DNA of 64,000 bases, taken from contig OY969903.1 of assembly GCA_963704405.1 (NCBI GenBank), positions 2,948,909-3,012,908 of the forward strand. The letters are read 5' to 3'. The stretch's first letter is position 1, and each line of letters begins with the position of its first letter. The position numbers and the translations under genes were made by a program. The notes below the pieces were generated by a model that searched no databases, was not told the origin of the DNA, and worked only from the letters and a program-made list of their open reading frames with translations. Below are positions 10,411 to 20,067 of the stretch, piece by piece. Source of the stretch: an uncultured Phycisphaerales bacterium. Its GTDB lineage: Bacteria > Planctomycetota > Phycisphaerae > Tepidisphaerales > Tepidisphaeraceae.

Positions 10411-10854
10411 TCATTGTCCTGTTCGTCTTAATTCGACGGCGCGTTCCAGAAGCTTAAGGTTTCGGATGTTGGCTTTGTACCAGATGTCGGCGGCATCGCC
10501 GATGAGGGGGGTTACTCCGAGGAGCCATTCGATGCCCAGGTTCAAGGCCATGCGGACGCGGAGGGCCCGGCCCAGGTTATGGCGGCGGGCGACATAAATG
10601 GGATAGAGGCCGGCCAGCAGACCAAGGGTGTCGCCGACGATGGGGATGAGACCGACGATTCCTTCAAGGCCGAAACGAATGCCGAAGAGTTCGAATTTGG
10701 TGTCGAGCCAATTCGCCAGCCAACGGGCGCGGCAGAGGTCGGCTTCGAGATCAGGTGCGGCAGGTGTCACGATCAGAGGATTCATGGCAATGGACTGCAT
10801 GGTTGGCTCGCTCTTTGAAGTTAGACCAGGCGGTTTGATTATGTGGCTCATCAA
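10411..10854 (-). CDS. DUF4112 domain membrane protein
   Basis: FGIRFGLEGIVGLIPIVGDTLGLLAGLYPIYVARRHNL...GVTPLIGDAADIWYKANIRN is the characteristic DUF4112 pattern. Confidence 0.75.
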   Translation of the reverse strand: MMSHIIKPPGLTSKSEPTMQSIAMNPLIVTPAAPDLEADLCRARWLANWLDTKFELFGIRFGLEGIVGLIPIVGDTLGLLAGLYPIYVARRHNLGRALRVRMALNLGIEWLLGVTPLIGDAADIWYKANIRNLKLLERAVELRRTGQ

Positions 10855-10917
10855 TTAAACGTTTGCCGCGCCAGGAAGATCACTACAAAGTGCAGGAAAT
10901 CTTATAGAGCTTGAGCA

Positions 10918-11268
10918 TTATGGCGCCTCGGCGCCTTTGAGCAGGTCCGGGATTATTTCTACGAAGCGGCTGCGCGGCAGAATGCGGTCGATGCCGAGGG
11001 TGCGGGCGCGTTTGATCAAATCAGCGTCTACGTGGGAGACGAAGCCGATGATTTCTCGGGGCGTCTGGTTTTGCCATGCGACAGCCGCTTCCAAGGCGCC
11101 GTCCTGGTTCAGATCTACAATCAGCCGATCGGCGGTTTCAACAAAAAGTTTTGCCGGGTCGCGGATTAGTTTGATGGCGATACCCTCAGCGCGAGCGGTA
11201 GCACCGATCTTTGTGGCGAAGAGAAGGTCTTTGACTAAAACCAGAATGGGTGGAGGTTCAGCAGGCAT
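10918..11268 (-). CDS. hypothetical protein (weak receiver-like alpha/beta pattern)
   Basis: 116-aa ORF with alternating hydrophobic strand/helix pattern (ILVLVKDLLF..LIVDLNQDG..IIGFVSHVD). No firm family assignment. Confidence 0.45.
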   Translation of the reverse strand: MPAEPPPILVLVKDLLFATKIGATARAEGIAIKLIRDPAKLFVETADRLIVDLNQDGALEAAVAWQNQTPREIIGFVSHVDADLIKRARTLGIDRILPRSRFVEIIPDLLKGAEAP

Positions 11269-11479
11269 TTGTACATATTAGCCTGCGGGATAGAGGAGGC
11301 CCAATAGTGCATCGACGGGAGACGCTTCATCATGCAAAACGTCGATGGTTTTTATCCCCTCCGCAACCTACTTGAAAGACGCGAGCGGATTAGGCAATTG
11401 CCCGCAAATGGACTCGGGCTAAAGGAGTTCAAAAGTCGAGCGCATGGGCACTCCACCGTCACGTTTTGTGTTTTAGAGA

Positions 11480-12310
11480 TCAGTCATCGCTGGGAAGAAG
11501 GATGCTGTCGGTGGCGTCGGCGGGGCTGAGTTCCACGTTAGGGGTTACACCGTTTTTAGCCGTGTAGATGTTGTCTTGCTGAACGCCGCAGAGCGGGGTG
11601 ATTTGCCACGCGACATGACCGTCGCCATACAGGACGTTTTGGCCATCGCGTTCGTGGTTGGCGCTGTTCGCCTTTTGCATGACTGACGTGGGACTGTTTG
11701 GTCTGGCGGCGTAGACGTCGCTCTTTTTGGTGGTTGCATCCACACCAGGATTAAGGTCGGCGGCAATCGCAAATTCGGCAGAGAGTTTGTTGCAGAGGCG
11801 ATAGCCGGCAGCGCTGGCAGTGGTGTTGCCGTAGGGATTGGCAAAGCTGTAGCCAAGGTTTTTCTTATAATTGGTGAAGTTGGAGCGGCCGGCGATGGGA
11901 GCCGTGTCGGCACTGAAATCAGTTTCGTCGTTATAGGGGCAGATGAATACTTCGGGCGTAACCCTTTGGGATTTTAAAACCAAAAAAAGAGGAGCCGTGA
12001 GGTCGTTATAGCCGACGCCCCCCTGAAACGGGTCGGCGGCCATGATGCCGGTGCCTTTGGTCAGACCGGTTGGGAGGACTTTAGTGTACGTTTCGTCGGC
12101 AAGGGTGCGGGGATAGTTGCCGTGATTGTCGGATTCGTAGGTCGCGATCGCAAGGCCGATCTGGCGTAAGTTGCTGGCGCACTTGTCGATATAGGCCTGA
12201 TGACGGACGCGTTCGGCCGCCGGCAGGAGGATGGCCATCAGCACACCGATGATGCCAATGACGACGAGGACCTCAATGACGGTAAACGCATTTGGGCGGC
12301 GATTTCGCAT
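11480..12310 (-). CDS. DUF1559 / H-X9-DG prepilin-like protein
   Basis: N-terminal type IV pilin-like motif AFTVIEVLVVIGIIGVLMAILLPA. C-terminal HxxxGxNVLYGDGHV (H-X9-DG), typical of the expanded Planctomycetes family. Confidence 0.9.
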   Translation of the reverse strand: MRNRRPNAFTVIEVLVVIGIIGVLMAILLPAAERVRHQAYIDKCASNLRQIGLAIATYESDNHGNYPRTLADETYTKVLPTGLTKGTGIMAADPFQGGVGYNDLTAPLFLVLKSQRVTPEVFICPYNDETDFSADTAPIAGRSNFTNYKKNLGYSFANPYGNTTASAAGYRLCNKLSAEFAIAADLNPGVDATTKKSDVYAARPNSPTSVMQKANSANHERDGQNVLYGDGHVAWQITPLCGVQQDNIYTAKNGVTPNVELSPADATDSILLPSDD

Positions 12311-12467
12311 ATTTCAAAGGGACTATAACAAGTGAAGCTGACCGGAAGATGAGGGGAATGTTAAGACCCCGCGGTTCCAATAATATCTCAACCCATAGCG
12401 CCAGATGTGCCGAAATAAGGAATAAGGCGCGAGCCGGAATGCTCCCCTTCTTACCGAGAGAATGCCA

Positions 12468-13248
12468 ATGGATCTGGCGAGTATATTTGGAATGCTTCTG
12501 GCCTGGGGTGCTGTGCTGTTCTCAATGTGGCACGTCACCGAAGGCAACATGGGCGGCGTACTTCAAACCGCCGGAACTATTCCTGGTCTTCGGAGGATCG
12601 CTGGGGGCGGCGATGCTTTCCATGCCGCTGCATAACATCACCGGCGCTGTCGGTTATGTGAAAAAGTGGCTGTTCAACAAGCATTCGCACATTGAGCACA
12701 TCATCACGGAGATGGTGCAGTATGCAGAGACGGCTCGCCGCGACGGTGTGCTGGCGCTGGAGACAGTCGCGCGGGAAGCGCCCGATGCATTTCTGCGGCG
12801 CGGATTGCAGTTGACAATCGACGGGACCGATCCGGAAATCATCGAGCGCATTCTTCGAATTGAAATCGACGCCATGGTGGAACGCCACAAGCATGGCAAG
12901 CACCTGTTCCACACACTGGCAAAGTTCGGTCCGGGCTTTGGCCTGATGGCAACACTGATCGCACAGGTCGCAATGTTCCGCAGCCTCGGCGGCGATTCCG
13001 GTGCGATCGGACAGGCACTGGCAGTCGCGCTCACCGGAACGCTCTACGGCTGCATGTTGCAGAATCTTGTCGCCGGCCCGATCGCCGAAAAACTTTCGCT
13101 CCGATCCCAGGAAGAAGCCTTCGGCAAGGAAATCATGCTGCAGGGAATATTAAGCATCCAGGCAGGCAACAATCCCCGCGTAGTGGAAATGCAGTTGCTG
13201 AGCTTCCTGAGCAACAAGCAGCAGGAAGCCATGCCAAAGGCAGCGTAG
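12468..13248 (+). CDS. motA: flagellar stator protein MotA (MotA/TolQ/ExbB family), frame broken near 12551-12558
   Basis: ATG 12468 encodes MDLASIFGMLLAWGAVLFSMWHVTEGNMG (typical MotA TM1). It continues only after a 1-nt shift in a G/C run into ..YFKPPELFLVFGGSLGAAMLSMPL.. of ORF 12292..13248. The extension upstream of 12468 in that ORF looks non-coding. Confidence 0.85.
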
Positions 13249-13256
13249 AAGCATTT

Positions 13257-13284
13257 ACCGCAGAGACGCGGAGGCGCGGAGAAG
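13257..13284. repeat. left arm of 28-nt inverted repeat bracketing the GxxExxY gene
   Basis: accgcagagacgcggaggcgcggagaag versus the reverse complement of 13673..13700 (accgcagaggcgcggagacgctgagaag): 25/28 matches. Confidence 0.85.
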
Positions 13285-13287
13285 ACA

Positions 13288-13671
13288 ATGCAAGTTAATG
13301 AGCTCACCGATGCCATCATCTCTGCCGCAATCGAAGTGCATCGGGCGCTGGGGCCGGGACTTCTGGAATCTGTGTATCAACAGTGCCTGTGCCATGAGTT
13401 GCAGCTTCGAAACATTCCGTTTGAATTCCAGATGCGGCTTCCAGTTCACTACAAAAATGTGAAGCTCGATTGTGGGTATGTCGTTGATGTGCTCGTAGCA
13501 GGCATAGTTGTCGTGGAATTGAAATCAGTCGACAAGATTCACCCCATCCACGAGGCACAACTGCTTACTTATCTTCGCCTTGGCGGGTGGCAGGTTGGAT
13601 TACTCATTAACTTCAATGTGTCTTTGCTCAAAGACGGTATTCGCCGCCGAGTGCTTGGTCTAAAGGAATAA
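13288..13671 (+). CDS. GxxExxY protein (PD-(D/E)xK-like, PDDEXK_3-type)
   Basis: 127 aa. IISAAIEVHRALGPGLLESVYQQCL (GxxExxY motif), DVLVAG.IVVELKSV, HEAQLLTYLRL. Confidence 0.9.
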   Translation: MQVNELTDAIISAAIEVHRALGPGLLESVYQQCLCHELQLRNIPFEFQMRLPVHYKNVKLDCGYVVDVLVAGIVVVELKSVDKIHPIHEAQLLTYLRLGGWQVGLLINFNVSLLKDGIRRRVLGLKE

Positions 13672-13672
13672 T

Positions 13673-13700
13673 CTTCTCAGCGTCTCCGCGCCTCTGCGGT
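13673..13700. repeat. right arm of 28-nt inverted repeat bracketing the GxxExxY gene
   Basis: cttctcagcgtctccgcgcctctgcggt, complementary to 13257..13284 (25/28). Confidence 0.85.
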
Positions 13701-13709
13701 GAAAATATC

Positions 13710-14537
13710 ATGGCCAAAAAAGCCCCCCCCTGCCGTTGCAAGCCTCAGGAATGTGAAGAATGCCCCGAGTGGATCTTCACGTTCGCCGATCTGGTCATGC
13801 TGATGATGGGGTTCTTCGTGATCCTCTGGGTGTTGAAGCCTTCGCCAAATCCCAAGTCGGGCGGGGGGAATACAAACCAGGAATGGGTGAATACCGCGGC
13901 GGCGATTCGGGATGCATTTGGATATGTGCCTAACCCGGCCAGCACCGATCCGGTGGATGAGCAGATGATCTTTCAAAAACTGAACGGGCTGAAAGTCCCG
14001 GATGGACCAGGCAAGGGCGGCGAAACCAAGATTCATCGCCAGGGAGCGGATGGGACAGATCCTGAAGTAACGACGATTCGCGTCGGGAAGCAGGCCGTGG
14101 TTGGGGGACGGCTGCTGTTTGAGAAAAAGGACTTCAAATTGGTGCCGGGAACGCTGCGCATGGTAGATGAAATCGCAGCGCAGATTCGAGGACATCGCAA
14201 TATTGTGCTGGTAAAAGGACACACTTCACTGGACGATTTCGGTGACGAAGCGACGGCCGAGCAGAAAATGGATCTTTCGCTTCGGCGGGCGCAGTCCGTC
14301 GCCGACTACCTGACCGCACATGGCGTTTCGCCCGATATTTTGCGGGTGCAGGGGTGCTCCACCTTTGAACCTGTCATGCAGCGGGAATATACCCTGGATT
14401 CACAGGTGGTAAATCGGCGGGTGGAAGTGGAAGTCACCCCCACCCTGGTAACCGATCTGCAACAGAGTCCCAAGCCCTCAACTTCAGCGCCCGTTGAAGC
14501 ATCCGGACCGGTGCCGGTGCCGGCCACATTACCATAA
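13710..14537 (+). CDS. motB: flagellar stator protein MotB (OmpA-like C-terminal domain)
   Basis: N-terminal TM with conserved Asp (WIFTFADLVMLMMGFFVILWVL). C-terminal OmpA/MotB-like peptidoglycan-binding region (VLVKGHTS..LSLRRAQSVADYL..RVQGCS..P). Confidence 0.88.
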   Translation: MAKKAPPCRCKPQECEECPEWIFTFADLVMLMMGFFVILWVLKPSPNPKSGGGNTNQEWVNTAAAIRDAFGYVPNPASTDPVDEQMIFQKLNGLKVPDGPGKGGETKIHRQGADGTDPEVTTIRVGKQAVVGGRLLFEKKDFKLVPGTLRMVDEIAAQIRGHRNIVLVKGHTSLDDFGDEATAEQKMDLSLRRAQSVADYLTAHGVSPDILRVQGCSTFEPVMQREYTLDSQVVNRRVEVEVTPTLVTDLQQSPKPSTSAPVEASGPVPVPATLP

Positions 14538-15188
14538 GTCGCAGCACCTTCACCTCACCTTAACTTCAGTGTTGGCGACACCCTGTCGTCAAAAACGGAC
14601 ACCCTGTCTGCACGGATGGGCCTGCTAAAATACGCGGCGGTGCCCGTAGGTTTTTCTTAGCGCGATATTTTTCTTCATTAAATCCGAGAAATTCCCCATC
14701 TCTCCTACACCTCAGTCCGTCATCCCTCTGGCCTGGTGTGGTCGATTCGTTCATAGGCACACTTTTTGCTCAGTGCTTCACGGTAGACCAGAACGCCAAA
14801 TTAAAGCGAAGCATAAAAGCTGAGGTTGCGCTATGAAGCAAAATTCCAAAAGTGAAGCGGTGGACGCGCGGAAGAAGGCCGCCGAAAAGGTGAGTCTGAG
14901 CGCTGCGTCTGTCTGGAATACGCCTCTTGCGCCTTCACACCGGCCAGCTTCTCCCGCTCCGGCAGTCTGGACACGCTACATCGATAGCCGCCTGAAGCAA
15001 TTTAGCGCCCGTTAGTTGCGGCAATAACAATCGCGGCTGGGTCTCGTCCCATTCGGTAAGGGCACCGAAGTCGTTCCGGTTGAATCCACTTTAACCGGCT
15101 CCTTCGCCCGCCAAAGGTTTGAACAATCTGAAGACCAAACACCGCCCGTGAAATATGCGGGCTTAAAAGGAAGGATGAGCGTACGCGC

Positions 15189-17993
15189 ATGGTTTCCACC
15201 AACACTCAACTCAATCGGCTTAAGAGCCTGCCTGATTCACAGGACACCACACCACAAGCTTCTGATCTGTCGGCGGTCGAATCGCTTCCGGTGAAGGAAT
15301 TCATCTGGGGCGCCGGGATGGAATGCTCGTTCCTTCCCCACATGAAAGTGGATCAGTTTGAGTGGACGCAGCATGACCGTTTCTGGAAGGAAGACCTCCG
15401 CCGCGCCAAGGAAGAGGCGGGCATCACCAATCTTCGATATGCGTTTCCCTGGCATGTCCTGGAACCGGAGCCGGGGAAGTTTGACTGGACCTATTCTGAC
15501 GAGCGGATGGCGGAGTTCGACAAGCTGGGCATCAACCTGATGCTCGATGTCATGCACTTCGGCACCCCGACCTGGCTGAAGCAGGCGGTCGGCGATCCGG
15601 AATTTCCCGAAGCGCTGGAACGATTTGCCGACGCGCTGGTGACTCGCTATCGCAATCAGGTCAAGATTTGGTGCCCCTTTAATGAGCCGCTGGTGTCGGC
15701 CCTGTTCAGCGGCGATCTGGGATTCTGGCCGCCTTATCAGCGCAAGTGGCGTGGATATATGCCGGTGCTCGGCCGGATTGTGCAGGCGGTGAGCCGCGGC
15801 ATCCGGGCCATTCGCCGCGCGATGCCCGAAGCGACGGTGCTGCTGTGCGATGCAAGCGAAAATTTCAAAACCCGGATCGACAGCCTCCAGGCGGAATGCC
15901 GGCGGCGAAACCTGCGGCGGTTCATTGTGATGGACCTGCTGACTGGCCGCGTCGATCGCGATCATCCGCTGTACACCTGGGTCACAAGCTACGGCCTGAG
16001 CGAACTCGATCTGCAGTGGTTTCGGAATAATCCGCAGTCGCCCGACATTCTCGGCCTCGACTACTACCCCCACAGCGACTGGCAACTGGATATGCAGGGC
16101 AGCTCCATCAAGCAGCGCCGCGCGGATAATCCGGTCGGTCTGTATGGCATCAGCACCGCGTACTACAACCGCTACAACATCCCGCTGATGCTGACTGAGA
16201 CAAGCATTGAAGGGAAGCCGATCAACCGCGAAATCTGGCTCGATCGAACCATCGACGACATCAGGCAACTCCGCGAAGAAGGCGTGCCGATGCTTGGGTT
16301 CATCTGGTGGCCACTGCTCGACCAGCTTGACTGGGACGGAGCCATGACGCACCGGATCGGCAAGATCCATGAAGTCGGGATGTTCAATCTCCAGCGGCAG
16401 AACGATGGCACGCTTCGACGAAGCAGCACGCCGCTGATCAAACTGTTTAAGGCGGCGGTCGCCGGCGGTGAAGAGCGGATCGGCAAGCTTGAGAAAATCG
16501 TCCGATCGGCCGGGCTGGATGAAACGCAAACGCCCCTGTCGACCAGCGAATCCTGGGAGGAGCTGGAAAGCGCTGTCACCGCCCGCAAGAACGGCAATGG
16601 ATCAAATGGACACGATGGCAATGGCCACGCCAACGGAAACGGAAACGGCAAGAGCGCAGTAGAAGCAGCGATCAATCGGCTCGCCGATCCGGTCGCGGGC
16701 GCCGCAAATGAACTGACGGCGGCCACGAGCCGGTTGTCCACTGAAACGCCGGCACGCATCGCCGTGCAGGACAACAAAAACACGGACAAATACGGCGTGG
16801 TCGTCTTCAGCCACCTGCGCTGGGGATTCGTGTGGCAGCGTCCGCAGCAGTTCCTGTCGCGCTTTGCCAAGAAGCACAACGTGCTCTTTGTTGAAGAGCC
16901 TTTCTTTGATCGGCATGAAGGCGCCGAGCCCGAACTGCAATTCCATCGCGTGATGCCCAATGTCACGGTCGCCTGCCCCCATCTGGCGCCGTCTTGGAAT
17001 CACAATCCGGAACTGCCCGACCTGCTGCGCAAGTTCACCAGGCAGGCAATTGAAGAGATGAACGAGAACGGTGATTTCGATAAGCCGCTGCTCTGGTATT
17101 ACAGCCCGATGGATGCATCGTGGTCGCTCGGGCACTTTGAAAATCGCGGTATTGTCTACGATTCGATGGATGAGCTTTCGCAGTTCACCGGCGCTCTGCG
17201 CAGCCTGATCGCCAACGAGCGGCGGCTGATGGATCACGCCGACGTCGTCTTCACCGGTGGTTACGAGCTGTACCTGAAGAAGAAGCAGATGCACCCCAAC
17301 GTCCACTTCTTCGGCTGCGGTGTGGAATACAACCACTTCTCCCAGGCACAGGACATCAACACCAGCATCCCCCCGGACATCGACTTCATGGCCCGCCCCA
17401 TCCTCGGCTGGTTCGGCGTCGTCGATGAGCGCGTCGATTACAACATGGTCGGTGAGATGGCCCGGATGAAACCGGAATGGTCCTTTGCAATGGTCGGCCC
17501 GGTGGTGAAGGTAGACCCGAATCTGCTCCCGCACTTCCCGAATCTGTATTGGCTCGGCGGGCGAGATTACAGCGTCCTTCCGAATTATTGCCGCGCGTTC
17601 GACATCAACATGATGTGCTTCGCGATCAACGCGGCCACTCAATACATCAACCCCACCAAAGCCCTCGAATACCTGGCGACCGGAAAGCCGGTCATCAGCA
17701 CACCGGTGAAGGATGTCATCACGCAATACAGCGATCTGGTGGACATCGTAAAGACACCGGAAGAATTCGTCGCCGCCGCCGAGCGTGCGCTGCATAGCCC
17801 CGATCATGCCCGCATTCAGCGCGGCATAGAGAAGGCGCAGCAGAGCAGTTGGGAAAGCACCGTCAAGACGATGCAGGACCTGATCAGGCAGGCCGTCAGC
17901 CAATCCGACCGGCCAAGCACCCGCAAGGTAGAGGCCCTGCCGGAGTTTGATGATGCCAAGCTGTATCAGTATCAGCCCACGCAGGGATCATGA
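15189..17993 (+). CDS. fusion protein: GH1-like (clan GH-A) glycosidase domain + N/G/H-rich linker + GT1/GT4-type glycosyltransferase domain
   Basis: N-terminal FIWGAGMECSF..WCPFNEPLV (NEP acid/base) and LMLTETSIEG (nucleophile-type TE). Linker NGNGSNGHDGNGHANGNGNG. C-terminal VVVFSHLRWGFVWQRPQQFLSRF..GPVV..YL..GKPVISTPV glycosyltransferase pattern. Confidence 0.85.
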   Translation: MVSTNTQLNRLKSLPDSQDTTPQASDLSAVESLPVKEFIWGAGMECSFLPHMKVDQFEWTQHDRFWKEDLRRAKEEAGITNLRYAFPWHVLEPEPGKFDWTYSDERMAEFDKLGINLMLDVMHFGTPTWLKQAVGDPEFPEALERFADALVTRYRNQVKIWCPFNEPLVSALFSGDLGFWPPYQRKWRGYMPVLGRIVQAVSRGIRAIRRAMPEATVLLCDASENFKTRIDSLQAECRRRNLRRFIVMDLLTGRVDRDHPLYTWVTSYGLSELDLQWFRNNPQSPDILGLDYYPHSDWQLDMQGSSIKQRRADNPVGLYGISTAYYNRYNIPLMLTETSIEGKPINREIWLDRTIDDIRQLREEGVPMLGFIWWPLLDQLDWDGAMTHRIGKIHEVGMFNLQRQNDGTLRRSSTPLIKLFKAAVAGGEERIGKLEKIVRSAGLDETQTPLSTSESWEELESAVTARKNGNGSNGHDGNGHANGNGNGKSAVEAAINRLADPVAGAANELTAATSRLSTETPARIAVQDNKNTDKYGVVVFSHLRWGFVWQRPQQFLSRFAKKHNVLFVEEPFFDRHEGAEPELQFHRVMPNVTVACPHLAPSWNHNPELPDLLRKFTRQAIEEMNENGDFDKPLLWYYSPMDASWSLGHFENRGIVYDSMDELSQFTGALRSLIANERRLMDHADVVFTGGYELYLKKKQMHPNVHFFGCGVEYNHFSQAQDINTSIPPDIDFMARPILGWFGVVDERVDYNMVGEMARMKPEWSFAMVGPVVKVDPNLLPHFPNLYWLGGRDYSVLPNYCRAFDINMMCFAINAATQYINPTKALEYLATGKPVISTPVKDVITQYSDLVDIVKTPEEFVAAAERALHSPDHARIQRGIEKAQQSSWESTVKTMQDLIRQAVSQSDRPSTRKVEALPEFDDAKLYQYQPTQGS

Positions 17994-18067
17994 AGAACCC
18001 TGCACTTCCCTCTCCCGGAGTTGCCGGGAGAGGAGGATAGAAATTAAAAATTGAAGGAGTACGCAAT

Positions 18068-19735
18068 ATGGATCCGCGAACCAAAGTAGTCATCATCGGG
18101 GCCGGGCCGACGGGCCTGGGGGCTGGATACCGATTAAAAGAATTAGGCCACGAAAACTTTGCCATCTATGAGCGCAGCCCGCAGATTGGCGGCCTGGCCA
18201 GCAGCTTCACGGATTCAGCCGGGTTCACCTGGGACATCGGCGGGCACGTGATGTTTTCCCACTATAAATATTACGACAAGTGCTTCGACGATCTGATGGG
18301 AAAAGATTTCCAGCTCAACAACCGCGAATGCTGGGTGCGCATGTTTGAGAAATGGGTGCCCTACCCGTTCCAGAACAACATCAGGTATCTCCCCAGGGAA
18401 GTCACCTATGAATGCCTCACCGGCCTGATCGAGGCGCAGACAAAGCGAGACCACAAATCCGCAAAGAATTTTGGCGAATTCATTGATGCAGTGTTCGGCG
18501 ATGGAATCGTCAAGCACTTCATGAAGCCCTACAACTTCAAAGTCTGGGCGCATCCCGCCGAGATGATGAACAAGGAGTGGATCGGCGAGCGCGTCGCAAT
18601 GGTCGACGTGAACCGCGCCATTAAGAATGTCATCCTCGGCACCGACGACTTTGGCTGGGGTCCGAACAATCAGTTCAAATTTCCGCTCTTCGGCGGCACC
18701 GGTGAATTTTATCGCCGATTCGGCGACCCGCTCCAAGGTAAAGTTCACCTGAACAAAACGGTCGATTTCATCAATCTGGTGAAAAAAGAAATCCGCTTCA
18801 AAGACGGCGAAATCGTCAAGTACGACAAGCTCATCTCGGCGATGCCGTTGGATGTGTTGTGCAACGATATTCTCAACGGCGAAGTGCCGCGCGAGATCAA
18901 GAAAGCCACCGCATCACTCCGCCACAGCGGCGGATACATGGTCGGCATCGGCATCAAGCAACCTTGCCCGTCCACCAAGTCATGGATGTATTTCCCGGAA
19001 GACAACTGCCCGTTCTACCGCGTCACATATCTGAGCAATTACAGCCCGTTCATGACGCCGGATAATAAGACGCATTACAGCCTGCTGTGCGAAACCAGCT
19101 ACAGCGAGTTCAAGGAAGTCGATGGCCGCCGCATCGTTGAAGACACCATCCGCGGCCTGATCAACGCCGGAATGCTGAAAGAAGAAGACCGCAACGATAT
19201 CGTGGACACCTGGACCTACCATGCCAAATACAGCTACCCCACGCCGAGCGTGGAGCGCGACGGCATTCTGAGCCAGGCGATTCCATTCCTGGAGAAGCAT
19301 GACATCTATTCCCGCGGCCGCTTCGGCATGTGGAAATATGAAGTCTCCAATACCGACCACACGCTCATGCAAGGCGTCGAACTGGTGAACCGCTGGATGC
19401 TCGGCGAGCCTGAATCAACCATCGGCATCAAGTACGAAAGCACCCTGGACGGCCGCAACGCCGCCATCCATGAACGATCATCGCTGGCAGGCAGCGGCGA
19501 TCCGAAAAAAGCAAAGATCGCCAAAGATTCGCCTGAGCCGGCAAAGCCACTCGCTCATGCCGGCGAAGGACCGAAAGCAGCGCCGCATTTTAATGTCAGC
19601 AAAACTCTGGGCTTGGACGGATCGGCCAGCAAGACAAAAATCGGCGTCGGCGGACCCGGCGATAAGCTGGAAGTTCATACATCCGAAGAAGAACTCGGCG
19701 TGACCACGCCGCTGGAAGAGGAGTTGGACTCATGA
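18068..19735 (+). CDS. glf: UDP-galactopyranose mutase, long eukaryote-type form, with approx 90-aa low-complexity C-terminal tail
   Basis: VVIIGAGPTGLGAG FAD motif. GGHVMFSHYKYYD, WVPYPFQNN, KPYNFKVWAHP, WMYFPEDNCPFYRVTYLSNYSP and YSRGRFGMWKYEVSNTDHTLMQGVE match my recollection of fungal/kinetoplastid UGM rather than the approx 370-aa bacterial Glf. Confidence 0.8.
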   Translation: MDPRTKVVIIGAGPTGLGAGYRLKELGHENFAIYERSPQIGGLASSFTDSAGFTWDIGGHVMFSHYKYYDKCFDDLMGKDFQLNNRECWVRMFEKWVPYPFQNNIRYLPREVTYECLTGLIEAQTKRDHKSAKNFGEFIDAVFGDGIVKHFMKPYNFKVWAHPAEMMNKEWIGERVAMVDVNRAIKNVILGTDDFGWGPNNQFKFPLFGGTGEFYRRFGDPLQGKVHLNKTVDFINLVKKEIRFKDGEIVKYDKLISAMPLDVLCNDILNGEVPREIKKATASLRHSGGYMVGIGIKQPCPSTKSWMYFPEDNCPFYRVTYLSNYSPFMTPDNKTHYSLLCETSYSEFKEVDGRRIVEDTIRGLINAGMLKEEDRNDIVDTWTYHAKYSYPTPSVERDGILSQAIPFLEKHDIYSRGRFGMWKYEVSNTDHTLMQGVELVNRWMLGEPESTIGIKYESTLDGRNAAIHERSSLAGSGDPKKAKIAKDSPEPAKPLAHAGEGPKAAPHFNVSKTLGLDGSASKTKIGVGGPGDKLEVHTSEEELGVTTPLEEELDS

Positions 19736-19932
19736 AAGATTGCAATCCCGCCAGGCAGCACCATCCCGGCAAGGACATCCGCCGCCCCCACGCATGGCGA
19801 AGAAAGACCAACCCCGACCGCCCCCGGCTAAAGCGTTCGCGGTCTTAAGGGTGCTGTGAATGTTGCGAATTGCAACATGGATCAACCCCATGTTTCCCTG
19901 ATGGCACCCTAACCATCTATTGCGTCCCCTGA

Positions 19933-19967
19933 GCAAGCGGGCGACCCACCACGGGCCGCCCGCTTGC
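19933..19967 (+). terminator. 11-bp perfect-stem hairpin downstream of the mutase gene
   Basis: gcaagcgggcg-(13 nt)-cgcccgcttgc. No U-tract follows, so terminator function is uncertain. Confidence 0.35.
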
Positions 19968-20067
19968 ATTGGCATGTGACAGCCACGAAATAACCGCTGA
20001 ACTTCCGAGCCACGTCAAATATGGCGGAAGAGCAAGACGAAAATAAAGACAAAGAGAGAAACAAATC

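Noticed and set aside
16590-16660. Imperfect aacggc/aatgg repeats as a microsatellite or non-coding repeat
   Set aside because: They lie in frame inside the fusion protein and encode an Asn/Gly/His-rich interdomain linker.
15237-17903. Minus-strand ORFs of 430 and 433 aa (15237..16529, 16602..17903)
   Set aside because: They are fully antisense to the well-supported GH1-like/GT fusion gene. Their translations are Arg/His/Pro-rich with no recognisable domains.
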